From an uncultured Candidatus Woesearchaeota archaeon (GTDB taxonomy: Archaea; Nanobdellota; Nanobdellia; Woesearchaeales; DSVV01): DNA of 64,000 nucleotides. The notes beneath the pieces are model-generated. The model was not told the DNA's origin. It made no database searches and saw only the letters and a list, made by a program, of their open reading frames with translations. Made by a program: the position numbers and the translations under genes. The stretch lies in the NCBI GenBank assembly GCA_963717515.1, contig OY970338.1, forward strand, positions 1,595,593 to 1,659,592, given 5' to 3'. Below, piece after piece: positions 1-9,700 of the stretch (position 1 is its first letter; every line of letters begins with the position of its first letter).

Positions 1-1148
1 ACTCGAACTACTACTCTGTATGGGCCAGGGACCATTCGATATGCTCGATAGCTGCAGCAATGTCGAACAATGAGGAATTAATCAAAACAGCAAAAGCAGG
101 AACCCTGCTCCTTTTAAGAAAACAGATAGACCATGGCCAGGTGCCGAGCTACATAGAGATAGAGAACAGGAAAGTCAATTACGGCGGCCTCGGAGCTATC
201 ACATCTGTCGACTCGAACATGTGGGTCGCCATATCAGCAGCGGTCCTGCACAAGAAGACCAGGGACAGGCGGTTCATAACAGACGCCAACATGAAGAGAT
301 ATACTCGCCTGTACAGGCTGCTCCGGGCATTCGACTCCAACAACTGCGGCCTCATCGAGGTGCCCAAAGCAGGGGACTGGGCAGACATATTCAACAGGAC
401 TTATCATGTATTATATGACGAGTGCCTGTACTACGAGGCACTCAAATCCATCCAGTACCTGTTGTCGTGCAGCCTGAGCAGGAATGAGGATATTAAAAAA
501 GACACGAGAAAGATAATCAAGTGGATAAGGAATAGGAGGGCGAGGGTCAAGAAGAAGCTCAACCAGGTGTTCTGGTTCACCAAAGACAATATCCCCAAGG
601 TCTTTGAGGAATACATGATATACGACAGGATAGAGGAGAAGGAGTATCCCTATTACCAGTCCCATCTCACGCCATTCAAGATCCACTGGCACAACAGGAT
701 AGAGGTCTTCGGCAATGTACTTGCGATCGCCACAGGCATAGCAAACAGGGAGAAGTCAAGGAAGATAATAAGGTATATAGAAACGAACAAGATAAACGAG
801 CCTTTTCCCATGAGGGCGATGTTTCCGCCTGTCTACAAGAACGAGAAAGGCTGGGAGCCCATATACAGGCTAAAGGAGCAGCCCCATACCTACCACAACG
901 GAGGGATATGGCCGGTTATCGCAGGTTTCTGGATATACACGCTTGTCAAGAAAAAATATCCGAAGACAGCTGCAAAAGAGATGAAGAACCTGGCAGAGCA
1001 GCTGAACAAAACAGGCTGGAAATTCAACGAATATTTCCACGGAAAGACATTCAAGCCCATGGGGAGGACCTACCAGGCATGGAGCGCGGCAGGTTACATC
1101 ATCGCATACCACGCAATCAAGGACAGCCCGAACATATTCGACTACTGA
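1..1148 (+). CDS. Partial (5' truncated) (alpha/alpha)6-barrel glycoside hydrolase-like protein (GDE_C/GH63/neutral-invertase-like); candidate sucrose/glucoside hydrolase
   Basis: The reading frame of ORF 60..1148 stays open back to the window start, so the gene is likely 5' partial. Motif DIFNRTYHVLYDECLYYEAL resembles the E-x-Q-A-L-W-Y-x-A-L block of GDE_C/GH63/GH100 barrels. C-terminal GGIWP. Paralogous to 37981..39096 (shared D-x-F-x-R-x4-YD-x-C block). Confidence 0.5.
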   Translation, partial: SNYYSVWARDHSICSIAAAMSNNEELIKTAKAGTLLLLRKQIDHGQVPSYIEIENRKVNYGGLGAITSVDSNMWVAISAAVLHKKTRDRRFITDANMKRYTRLYRLLRAFDSNNCGLIEVPKAGDWADIFNRTYHVLYDECLYYEALKSIQYLLSCSLSRNEDIKKDTRKIIKWIRNRRARVKKKLNQVFWFTKDNIPKVFEEYMIYDRIEEKEYPYYQSHLTPFKIHWHNRIEVFGNVLAIATGIANREKSRKIIRYIETNKINEPFPMRAMFPPVYKNEKGWEPIYRLKEQPHTYHNGGIWPVIAGFWIYTLVKKKYPKTAAKEMKNLAEQLNKTGWKFNEYFHGKTFKPMGRTYQAWSAAGYIIAYHAIKDSPNIFDY

Positions 1149-1201
1149 ATGAGGCGGATTGTACGATACATTTATATATCTGTTCTAACATCCAGTATTA
1201 T

Positions 1202-1813
1202 ATGTTTGAAAATATAACTGAGATCGACATGAGGATCATAGGCCTGTTTGCCAGGGATTACTCAAAAACCTATACAATCAGGCAGATGACGACAGAGCTG
1301 GGCATCAACTATTCCCATGCATTCAAGAGGATCAAAGAGCTTGTCAAAGAGGGCATCCTGAAAAAATCAAAGCAGGGGCAGGCAAACAATATCTCAATCA
1401 ACATCTTCAGCCTGGATGCAGTCAAGCTCCTGGGTTTCGCTGATGAGATGAAGAAGGCAGGAAATCCTGTACTGTATCAGATAGTGTCTGAGATGATATC
1501 TATAGATCCATTGGCGTGTATAGGCATCTTCGGGAGCAGGGTCTCAGGGAAAGCTACCAACAAATCCGATTGGGACATGTTCATCATATCATCAGACCGG
1601 AAAAATACCGAAAGGTCACTTTCAAGGTTTGCATATGCAAAAGATATCCATATACAGGTATTTGATGTCCAGGAATTCAGCCAGAGCCTTCTCAGCCCAG
1701 AAGAGACTGTTGTCAAGCACATCATCAAGAACAAGCAGATATTGTATAATCCTTATCCATTCTACAATATGATCCGGAAGTGGGAGAGTATAAAACATGC
1801 TCCAGAAAATTGA
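1202..1813 (+). CDS. Minimal nucleotidyltransferase (MNT, Pol-beta superfamily) with N-terminal HTH-like region; antitoxin-type partner of HEPN
   Basis: GIFGSRVSGKATNKSDWDMFI matches the GS-x(n)-D-x-D NTase signature. ATG at 1202 (alternative 1229); the ORF-track start at 908 overlaps the upstream GH gene and is rejected. 17-nt overlap with the downstream HEPN ORF. Confidence 0.7.
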   Translation: MFENITEIDMRIIGLFARDYSKTYTIRQMTTELGINYSHAFKRIKELVKEGILKKSKQGQANNISINIFSLDAVKLLGFADEMKKAGNPVLYQIVSEMISIDPLACIGIFGSRVSGKATNKSDWDMFIISSDRKNTERSLSRFAYAKDIHIQVFDVQEFSQSLLSPEETVVKHIIKNKQILYNPYPFYNMIRKWESIKHAPEN

Positions 1814-2345
1814 AGAGGAATATGAAGCTCTGATGGAGGCAAAGGCAATTAAGCCTGATTCCAGAGTACTATCACACCTGAAATGGCAGAAAGCGACAAA
1901 TGACCTCCTGCTCTCAGGAGGGCTGTTGAAGATATCCACTGAGGATAAGACAAAGAAATCCCTTGATTATCCGGAGGATGCGACGTTTTTCGACTGGGTG
2001 ATCGTAAGCTCATATTACTCGATATTCCATGCAGCGCAGGCTTTGCTCGGCATCAAAGGCATAAAGATAGTTGGAAGAGTGCATCATGCAACTTTGGTGT
2101 CATTTGCCAGACATTTCATCCTAAACAATGAGCTTGAAGATGAATTATTCCTCATATATGAAGATGTAGAGAACAAGGCAAAAGACCTGCTTGAGATATT
2201 CGAGGAAGAGAAAAAGAAACGCGGGATGTTCCAGTATCACAGGCTGTCAAGGAACAACCTCAGGCCTGCACAGGAATCTCTTGAGAATGCCAGGACATTT
2301 CTGGATGCAGTTGGCAGGGTGCTTGCGAAGAAGAAGGTAATCTGA
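1797..2345 (+). CDS. HEPN domain protein (toxin-type partner of MNT)
   Basis: All-helical 182 aa with an R-x-HHATL-like motif (GRVHHATL). Translationally coupled to the upstream NTase by an overlap, the classic HEPN/MNT gene pair. Confidence 0.65.
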   Translation: MLQKIEEEYEALMEAKAIKPDSRVLSHLKWQKATNDLLLSGGLLKISTEDKTKKSLDYPEDATFFDWVIVSSYYSIFHAAQALLGIKGIKIVGRVHHATLVSFARHFILNNELEDELFLIYEDVENKAKDLLEIFEEEKKKRGMFQYHRLSRNNLRPAQESLENARTFLDAVGRVLAKKKVI

Positions 2346-2390
2346 TCATATATTCAGGATGAGACTCTTATTGACTGCTGGTGGTTTTTC

Positions 2391-2750
2391 ATGAAAAAAA
2401 TTTCCAAGGAAATCAAAAAAGACTGGAAAGGTTATTTATATTATGGTGGGATTGGATTCATATTTGGATTTTATCTGTTAAATATTTCAGAATTTATTTC
2501 TAGGTTGATAAAACATATTAATCTCCTTTGGTGTTTGAAAAATTCATTCAATGTTTTAATCAAAATTTTTCCAATTCATATATATTTTAGTTTAATATTT
2601 TCTTTGTTAGGAATATTATGTTATCGATATCGGGAAAAAAATCGAACTTTTATTTTATTGGTGATTTTCTCTCTTCTATTATATCTTGTTTTAATCATAC
2701 TTAATGTTATTGAACGGCATAATTATATAGCACTTGCAAGGGGTCAATGA
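2391..2750 (+). CDS. Hypothetical small membrane protein inside an AT-rich islet
   Basis: ORF of 119 aa, hydrophobic and I/L/F/K/N-rich. Lies in a roughly 450-bp segment that is much more AT-rich than its flanks. Could be non-coding. Confidence 0.25.
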   Translation: MKKISKEIKKDWKGYLYYGGIGFIFGFYLLNISEFISRLIKHINLLWCLKNSFNVLIKIFPIHIYFSLIFSLLGILCYRYREKNRTFILLVIFSLLLYLVLIILNVIERHNYIALARGQ

Positions 2751-2802
2751 GAATGAAACAATTTAATTGTAAAAAGTTAGAATAGAATATGCCCTGATTA
2801 AA

Positions 2803-3624
2803 TTATTGAACATCTTCTTCATTAATCAAACCGAACTTCAGCAAACCAAGCAGAATCCCTGAGACATAATACCCGTTAAGCCTTCCATGCTCTTTCTTGA
2901 TGATGTGTAAATTATTAATAACATTCTTCTGTATCGACAGCTGGCGGACAGTCTTCTTTATCTCAGGTATGGCATTTCGGACCAGTATCGATTTATACCC
3001 GAAAGTCAGAGGCAGGATATCATTTCCGCTGTCCCCGCAGTACACCACCTCGTCTTTCGAATACCCAAGCTTTTGTCGCAGGTACTCAAGCGCTGTCAGT
3101 TTGGTAGCATATTTCGGCAATATATCAAGCAGCCCGATGTCATGGGTCTCGTCGACACTGTAGACAATGACGGCATCCCTGCAGATTCCCCTGACATTCG
3201 CTGTGACTTTTTTTATCAGCTGCACAGAATCTTCAGGACTGTCCACATAATAGCTCAGCTTGAAATCGTTCTGCCTGTCATCCTCCTGGATACGGAGGCC
3301 CACAGCATCAGAAAGGACCTTTTTGAAACCATCGATGTCCCAGCCCGATGTCTTCGAGGCAATAATCTCGTCCCATGCAGCATCCCTCTTGAAATCCCTG
3401 TCATAGATGCTCGTCCCGACCTCAGCGATCGCATAATCCGGTGCAGGCACAGAATACTTCTCCATGGCTTGCCTGATCAAGCTTAAATTCCTCCCTGTCA
3501 CGAACACCAGGACGAACCTGTCCCGAAGCTGTCTAAAAATATCCATGGAGCCGTCGTATTCCTGAGAGCCGTTCGGCAGAAGCGTCCTGTCAAGGTCTGT
3601 CGCAAGCAGGACCTTATCCTGCAT
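2803..3624 (-). CDS. spp: Sucrose-phosphate phosphatase-like HAD-IIB hydrolase
   Basis: Motifs LATDLDRTL (DxD), VFVTGRNLS, DYAIAEVGTSIY, KLSYYV, VYCGDSGNDI and ILVRNAIPE parallel cyanobacterial SPP (LISDLDNTW, YATGRS, VCGDSGNDI, VIVRNA). 11-nt overlap with the upstream SPS gene. Confidence 0.75.
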   Translation of the reverse strand: MQDKVLLATDLDRTLLPNGSQEYDGSMDIFRQLRDRFVLVFVTGRNLSLIRQAMEKYSVPAPDYAIAEVGTSIYDRDFKRDAAWDEIIASKTSGWDIDGFKKVLSDAVGLRIQEDDRQNDFKLSYYVDSPEDSVQLIKKVTANVRGICRDAVIVYSVDETHDIGLLDILPKYATKLTALEYLRQKLGYSKDEVVYCGDSGNDILPLTFGYKSILVRNAIPEIKKTVRQLSIQKNVINNLHIIKKEHGRLNGYYVSGILLGLLKFGLINEEDVQ

Positions 3625-4972
3625 CTTTCATCACTTCCCTGAACACAGCCATGTACTTCCTTGCGCTCATCTTCCAGGTGAAGTTCTTCCTCACGTACCG
3701 GACTGAATTTGCAGACACTCTCTTATACAGGTCCTTGCGCTTTATCAACCTCTTCACTTTCCTTGCGAGATCCTTCCTGTCTCTCGGGTCGACAAGAAGA
3801 CCGTTCTCGTCATCAGTCACGAACTCGCTCGGCCCCCCGTTCCTGGTCGCAACGACCGGTACACCGCACGCACCTGCTTCTATTATGGTCAGGCCGAATG
3901 GCTCAATCAGAGCAGGGTTGACGAATATGCCGTTATTCTGCCTGAGGAACCTGTAGAATGCCGGCACCTGTTTCTCATATTCGAGGTTGATGCCGGGCAG
4001 GCAGACATTCTCATAGAGATTGTATTTTCTCATGATTCGGTTTATCCTGTCGATTATGGGCTGGCTCTCCTTTGTCGGCTGGAGGGTCTTTGCGAATATT
4101 ATGAGGTTTGCAAGGTTCTGGAACTCCCTGTCCATTGCAAACGCCCGAAGCAGCCCGATAAGGTTCTTCCTCTTGTCAAGACGAGTCAGCACGCCGACAG
4201 GCACCCTCTCAGGGTGCTTTAGCCCCTGCATTATCGCGTTCTCAAGAAGCTGCCTTGTCTGCTCTTCCTTCTTCAAATCAATGACTCTTGTCGGGTGGAA
4301 CCTTTCAAGGTCGAGCCCGGGCGGTATCGTCCTGAACTTAGAAAAATCCTTTATCCTGTATTCGCGGTACTGTTCCTTTATCTCCTCGCCGGTGCTTGCA
4401 ACAATCGCTGAGGAGTTCTTTATAGCCGTGTTCTCGGCTGAAAGCCTTTTGTCGAAATGATAGAGCCTGTTGAACTTTTTCATGTTAGACTTGTTCACCC
4501 CGAGCCTCTTCATCTTGGGCCTTCCCAGGCTGTGGCCTGTATGCACCTGCGGAATGCCTAAGTCTTTTGAGAGCTTTGCGCACACAAGCCCGGAGTCAGC
4601 ATAGTTGCTCTGGAGTATGTCAGGCATACGCTTAATCTTCCTGATGTGCTTTTTGACATTCGCAGTGAACTCATCAATATAAGGCCAGAGCTTTACCTTC
4701 TTCATGTACCTGTTGTCAGGCCCGCACTCAATCCTGATTATCTTGACCTTGAAGTTGACGTCCTCGACCTTCTTGGAATACCCAGGGTAGTCAGGGTCGA
4801 CTATCCTTCTCGTCATTATCTCCACCCTGTCGACATTCTTGAGCTCGCCCAGTGCCTTTGCAAGCTCGAGCACATAGACTATCTGCCCGCCTGTGTCCTC
4901 GTCCCTGCCGAGCTCAAGGTTCCTGGACCTGAAGAGCCCGTGCATGGAATGCATCTGAATGTAAAGTCCCAT
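3614..4972 (-). CDS. sps: Sucrose-phosphate synthase-like GT4 glycosyltransferase (glycosyltransferase domain only)
   Basis: N-terminal [48 protein letters not shown] and [11 protein letters not shown] match the SPS hallmark blocks ([50 protein letters not shown]). C-terminal GT4 motif [20 protein letters not shown]. Confidence 0.8.
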   Translation of the reverse strand: [452 protein letters not shown]

Positions 4973-5068
4973 CTCTCATCCCCTCAATAATCCATGACCT
5001 ATTAGAAATCCCGGTTGTCTGATATCCCCTTTTTTTCTATCCATCTCGAGTGGAACGCCCGCAAGTGT

Positions 5069-5314
5069 TCAGGCTTCTGCTTCCTTTTCCAGCTCGACCC
5101 GCGCGACGATATGGTCATCTGAGACTTCCATTATCTCGGAAGTGACTACCTTTTCGCCGTTAAGCTTGAGCTGTAGCTTCTCTCCCTGCTTGGGCTCGAT
5201 GCCTGCTGACTTGAGCTTGTCCATGGATATCCTGTAATCTGTTGTCATGTTCATTCCTCCAAAAATTCCAGGGACCTGCCCCGCAACCTTGGTAATAGCA
5301 CAATGCCCCATCAT
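5069..5314 (-). CDS. Hypothetical small protein (possibly about 60 aa from an internal Met)
   Basis: ORF only. Beta-rich C-terminus (KLQLKLNGEKVVTSEIMEVSDDHIVARVEL) hints at an AbrB/TRAM/PRC-like small barrel. No confident family assignment. Confidence 0.3.
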   Translation of the reverse strand: MMGHCAITKVAGQVPGIFGGMNMTTDYRISMDKLKSAGIEPKQGEKLQLKLNGEKVVTSEIMEVSDDHIVARVELEKEAEA

Positions 5315-5385
5315 TAATAAAGCTTGTGTTTAACAATTTCATTTTGAAAAAATTTATAAATGAGTTTGGGTTTTTAATTTTCATA

Positions 5386-5931
5386 ATGAAACTAAAAAAC
5401 AATGAAAAGTTGGCATTAAAACTCATGGTCTCGAACCCGGACATTTCCAACAATGAGATTGCAGAGAACCTCGGCATCACGACCCAGGCAGTTGGCAAGA
5501 TAAAGAGGCAGCTGCATTCAAAGGGCATCATCGAGCGCAAGGAATACGTGCTCAACTATGAAAAGATAGGTGTCGGGCTCCTTGCATTCGCCCTCATAAA
5601 GATCATGCCAAAGGCGTTCAGAAAATTCAGCAAGACAGAGCTTGACAAGATTCTCCAGCCGCCGAACGTCATACAGTCATACGTGATACCGCAGACCAGC
5701 GTGACGCACATAATGGTCTACGCGTTTCGCAATGTCGACGAATATGACAATTATTTCAAGAAGCTCCAGACCGAGCTGGGAGAGTTCGTCGAGATAAAGG
5801 AGGCGTTCATCCTCTCGCCCAAGAGCATGATAAAGTCATCACCCAAGGAGATGTTCCTCAAGATCATCGATGAATACGGCAAGGCAAAGGAGCTTCCCGA
5901 GCCTGACCTGATGGTGCTGGGCAGGGCGTAG
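5386..5931 (+). CDS. Lrp/AsnC family transcriptional regulator
   Basis: N-terminal HTH (LKLMVSNPDISNNEIAENLGITTQAVGKIKRQL) plus a C-terminal RAM-like domain. Start moved to the Met in MKLKNNEK. An AT-rich promoter lies upstream. Confidence 0.65.
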   Translation: MKLKNNEKLALKLMVSNPDISNNEIAENLGITTQAVGKIKRQLHSKGIIERKEYVLNYEKIGVGLLAFALIKIMPKAFRKFSKTELDKILQPPNVIQSYVIPQTSVTHIMVYAFRNVDEYDNYFKKLQTELGEFVEIKEAFILSPKSMIKSSPKEMFLKIIDEYGKAKELPEPDLMVLGRA

Positions 5932-5933
5932 GC

Positions 5934-6707
5934 TCAGCTCTCAGCCTTTCTCCAGAGCCCTTCGAAATGCCTCTTATAGCTCTTCGCAATCAGCCTGTCG
6001 TCGATGAGGATGACGAACGGGTTCTCTGTGAAATTGCAGAACCCGACTATGTCCTTGAAGACAAATACAGCGACAGGGCTGACGTAGCCTGACGGGAGGA
6101 AGCGCAGGTCGAGCTCTGCAAGCCTGAGAATCCTCTTCATGACACTGCTCCTTATTATCCTCCTGTTCGCTATCATCCTTCCCCTGACCTTGATGCCCCT
6201 TATCCTCTTCGAGAGGTTCAGGAAATAGTAGTTGAAGACGCTCAGCACTGCCTCTGATGATGCGATAATCATTATCTCGTCCTCTGACCTGGCGATGTCG
6301 ACGAGCCTGTCGTAGAAGAACCCGAGCCCTTCCCTGCCCTGGAATATCGATATCCTGTCGCCGTGAGGACCTGAAGGCCCTGGTTTGATGGCACTTATGA
6401 GCTCCATCAGCCCCGGCCTTGCATCTTCTATCTCTTTCTTCTGCTTCTCAAGAAGACTTAGCAGGTTCTTCGGCTCGAGGATCGAGAATACCTTGACATT
6501 GTTCTTTGATACGGACGATACCAGGCCTTTCTTTTCGAGCCTTGCGAGGATGTCATAGAGATTAGTCCTGTGGATGCCTGTATCCTTCGCTATCACGCTT
6601 GCAGGCGCGCTTCCAAGGCTTGCGAGAGCCTCGAATACCTGGATCTCTGAATCTGTCATGCCTATCTTCTTCAGGACATCTGTCATGCCCCTTTGGGACA
6701 GCCTCAT
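5934..6707 (-). CDS. TrmB-family sugar-responsive transcriptional regulator
   Basis: N-terminal wHTH (LGMTDSEIQVFEALASLGSAPASVIAKDTGIHRTNLYDILARLEKKGLV), a coiled-coil linker, and a C-terminal sugar-binding-like domain. Divergent from the large BadF/HgdB gene with a palindrome between them. Confidence 0.7.
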   Translation of the reverse strand: MRLSQRGMTDVLKKIGMTDSEIQVFEALASLGSAPASVIAKDTGIHRTNLYDILARLEKKGLVSSVSKNNVKVFSILEPKNLLSLLEKQKKEIEDARPGLMELISAIKPGPSGPHGDRISIFQGREGLGFFYDRLVDIARSEDEIMIIASSEAVLSVFNYYFLNLSKRIRGIKVRGRMIANRRIIRSSVMKRILRLAELDLRFLPSGYVSPVAVFVFKDIVGFCNFTENPFVILIDDRLIAKSYKRHFEGLWRKAES

Positions 6708-6727
6708 GATATTTAAGCTTTTTCAAA

Positions 6728-6752
6728 TTGTTGTATGTATAGTATACAACAA
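6728..6752. promoter_or_regulatory. Inverted repeat TTGTTGTAT-N7-ATACAACAA (candidate TrmB operator) overlapping a TATA-like core
   Basis: A perfect 9-bp inverted repeat flanks a GTATAGT centre in the 78-bp divergent intergenic region between the TrmB-like gene and the 6786 gene. Confidence 0.45.
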
Positions 6753-6785
6753 AGGTTTTTATTGCTACGGCCCATCTGCCTGTCC

Positions 6786-9700
6786 ATGAAAGCATTGGGG
6801 ATATGCCTCGGCGCATCGAGCATCGGCATCGTGAGGATGAAGGACGGAAAAATCATCGGTGCAGAGAACATACCTCATGAGGGCAATCCCAAGAAGCTGC
6901 TTCTCGAGAAATTAGGGCAGATAGGCCTGCAGGATTATGACTACGCCGGTGTCACAGGCAGGAAATTCCGGGAATTCGTCAACCTCCCAAAGATAACAGA
7001 GCCTGAGGCCACTGAATATGCCTATGAATATATCAGGAAGCGCAGGGATTTTTCAGCCATTGTGAGCGCAGGAGGAGAGACATTCATCGTCTACACCTTA
7101 GACACCCACGGAAAGATAGCGAATGTCTACACAGGCAACAAGTGCGCGTCAGGCACAGGCGAGTTCTTCCTGCAGCAGATAAGGAGGATGGACCTCAATG
7201 TCGACGAGGCTGTAAAGCTCGCTAAGATGGAGAAGCCTCACAGGGTGACAGGGAGATGCTCTGTTTTCTGCAAGAGTGACTGCACGCATGCGCTCAACAA
7301 GGGCGTGCCCAAGGGAGAAGTTGCAGCCGGTCTCTGCGAGATGATGGCAAAGAAGATATCTGAGCTTCTCTCCAAGGCACCCAAGGGAGACATCCTCATC
7401 GTCGGCGGGACAGCCAAGAACAGCGTTGTCATGGATTTCCTGAAAAAAGACGTGCCAGGAGTCCATATCCCAAAAGAGGCAGAATATTTTGAAGCCCTCG
7501 GGGCAGCTATCTGGTCAGAGAAGACCAAGGCAAAGCCGAAAAATTACAAGAGCATCCTCAAAAAAGGCACATCATCATTCTCCTTCCACAGGCCGCTCTC
7601 AGAATACAGGGACATGGTGGTCTTCGAGAAATTTACGAAAGGCGAGGCAGAGGAAGGGGACGAATGCATAATCGGCCTTGACGTCGGCTCGACCACGACA
7701 AAGGCAGTGCTCCTGAGGACATCTGACAATGCTGTTGTCGCCGACTGCTACCTCAGGACGAACGGGAATCCTGTGAAGGCATCTCGCGACTGCTACAATG
7801 AGCTGTCATCACAAGTGGATAAGAAGATTAGCATCATCGGCCTGGGCGTGACTGGGAGCGGGAGACATATCGCAGGCCTGCATGCCCTGACAAAGGGGAT
7901 AATAAACGAGATAATAGCGCATGCGACTGCGGCTGTGTATTTCGACAAGGATGTTGACACCATATTCGAGATAGGGGGCCAGGATGCCAAATACACCTAT
8001 ATTACAAACTCTGTGCCGAGCGACTATGCGATGAACGAGGCGTGCAGCGCAGGGACAGGCTCGTTCCTTGAGGAGTCTGCAAAAGAATCGCTCAACATAG
8101 ACTACAGGGATATCGGCGACATCGGTTTCCAGGCAAAGCATCCGCCAAATTTCAATGACCAGTGCGCGGCATTCATCAGCTCTGACATAAAGACCGCATT
8201 CCATGAAGGGATCAGCAAGGAGGATGTTGTCGCAGGCCTCGTGTATTCCATATGCCTGAACTACGGGAACAGGGTCAAGGGGAACAGGCAGGTCGGAAAG
8301 AAGGTCTTCATGCAGGGAGGGGTCTGCTACAACAAGGCAGTTCCTGTGGCGATGGCAGCCCTCACAGGCAAGAACATAATCGTCCCTCCTGAGCCGGGGC
8401 TCATGGGTGCATTCGGCGTGGCCCTGGAGATAAAGGACAGGCTAGCCCTCGGGATAATGGAGAGGCAGGAATTCGACCTTAATGAGCTTGAGAAGAGGGA
8501 TGTGGAGTACGGCAAGAGCTTCATCTGCGCAGGGGGAAAAGAGAAGTGCGACAGGAAATGCGAGATAATGACGATAAGGATACTCGGCAAGACCTATCCA
8601 TTCGGCGGGGCATGCGATAAGTACTACAACCAGAGGCTCAATATAGAGAATGACCCCGGGAGGCTGGACCTTGTCAAGCAGAGGCAGGACATGGTGTTCG
8701 GAAGATACGCATCTTACAGGCCGAAACTCCCGAAGGATGCAAAGAGCATAGGCATAAACAGGTCATTCCTCACGAATACATTCTATCCGCTCTACTATAA
8801 TTTCTTCACCCGGCTCGGCATGAGGGTCATGTTGTCGGAACAAGTGCTTGAGAAAGGGACCGACAGGAAGAGCGCGGCATTCTGCTATCCTGCTGAGATA
8901 TCCCACGGGCTTTTCCAGGACCTCATCGACAAGAAGCCTGACTACATATTCCTGCCCGTGCTCACCGGCACCCCTGTCAAGTCCGGCAACCTGCTCAAGA
9001 AGACATGCGTCTTTGTCCAGGCTGAGCATGCGTATCTGCAGACAGCTTTCAAGAACCACGGAATTGGTATTATCAGGCCTGTTCTGGATTTCTCAAGAGG
9101 ATTTGAAGGCCAGAAGAAAATCTTCAATGGCATCGCAGAAGAGCTCGGTTTCAATACAGAAGAGGCAGGCGAGGCATTCGATTCTGCCATCGGACAGCAG
9201 GAAGCATATCAGAAGGAGGCTGAGAGGCTGGGCAAAAAAGCGATAAGGGAGCTTGAGAAAGACCCTGACAAGACCGCAGTGATCCTCTTCGGCAGGAGCT
9301 ATAATGCTTTTGCAGGCGAGGCCAACATGGGCATACCCCACAAGTTTGCGACAAGGGGCTCGCTTGTGATACCGTCTGATTTCATCCCGTATGGAAAAGA
9401 GGATGGGTTCCCATCGATGTACTGGGCACAGGGCCAGCAGAACCTCATGGCAGCAGAATATGTGAAGAAGCATCCCCAGCTCTACGGAGCGTTTGTCACG
9501 AACTTCTCCTGCGGACCTGACTCATTCCTCATCAGCTATTTCAGGGATATCATGGGCATCAAGCCCTCGCTCACGCTTGAGCTTGACAGCCACACGGCAG
9601 ATGCAGGACTCAACACAAGGATAGACGCGTTCCTCGACATTGTCAAGAGCTTCAGGGAGCTTGAGAAGCAGAAGAAGATAAGGGAAAAGAAATCAGATTT

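Noticed and set aside
908-1201. N-terminal 98 codons of ORF 908..1813
   Set aside because: They overlap the 3' end of the upstream GH gene in another frame. A good ATG at 1202 (or 1229) gives a normal-size NTase right after the GH stop at 1148.
3073-3486. 137-aa plus-strand ORF inside the SPP gene
   Set aside because: It is antisense to a well-supported CDS, has low-complexity translation and no motif.
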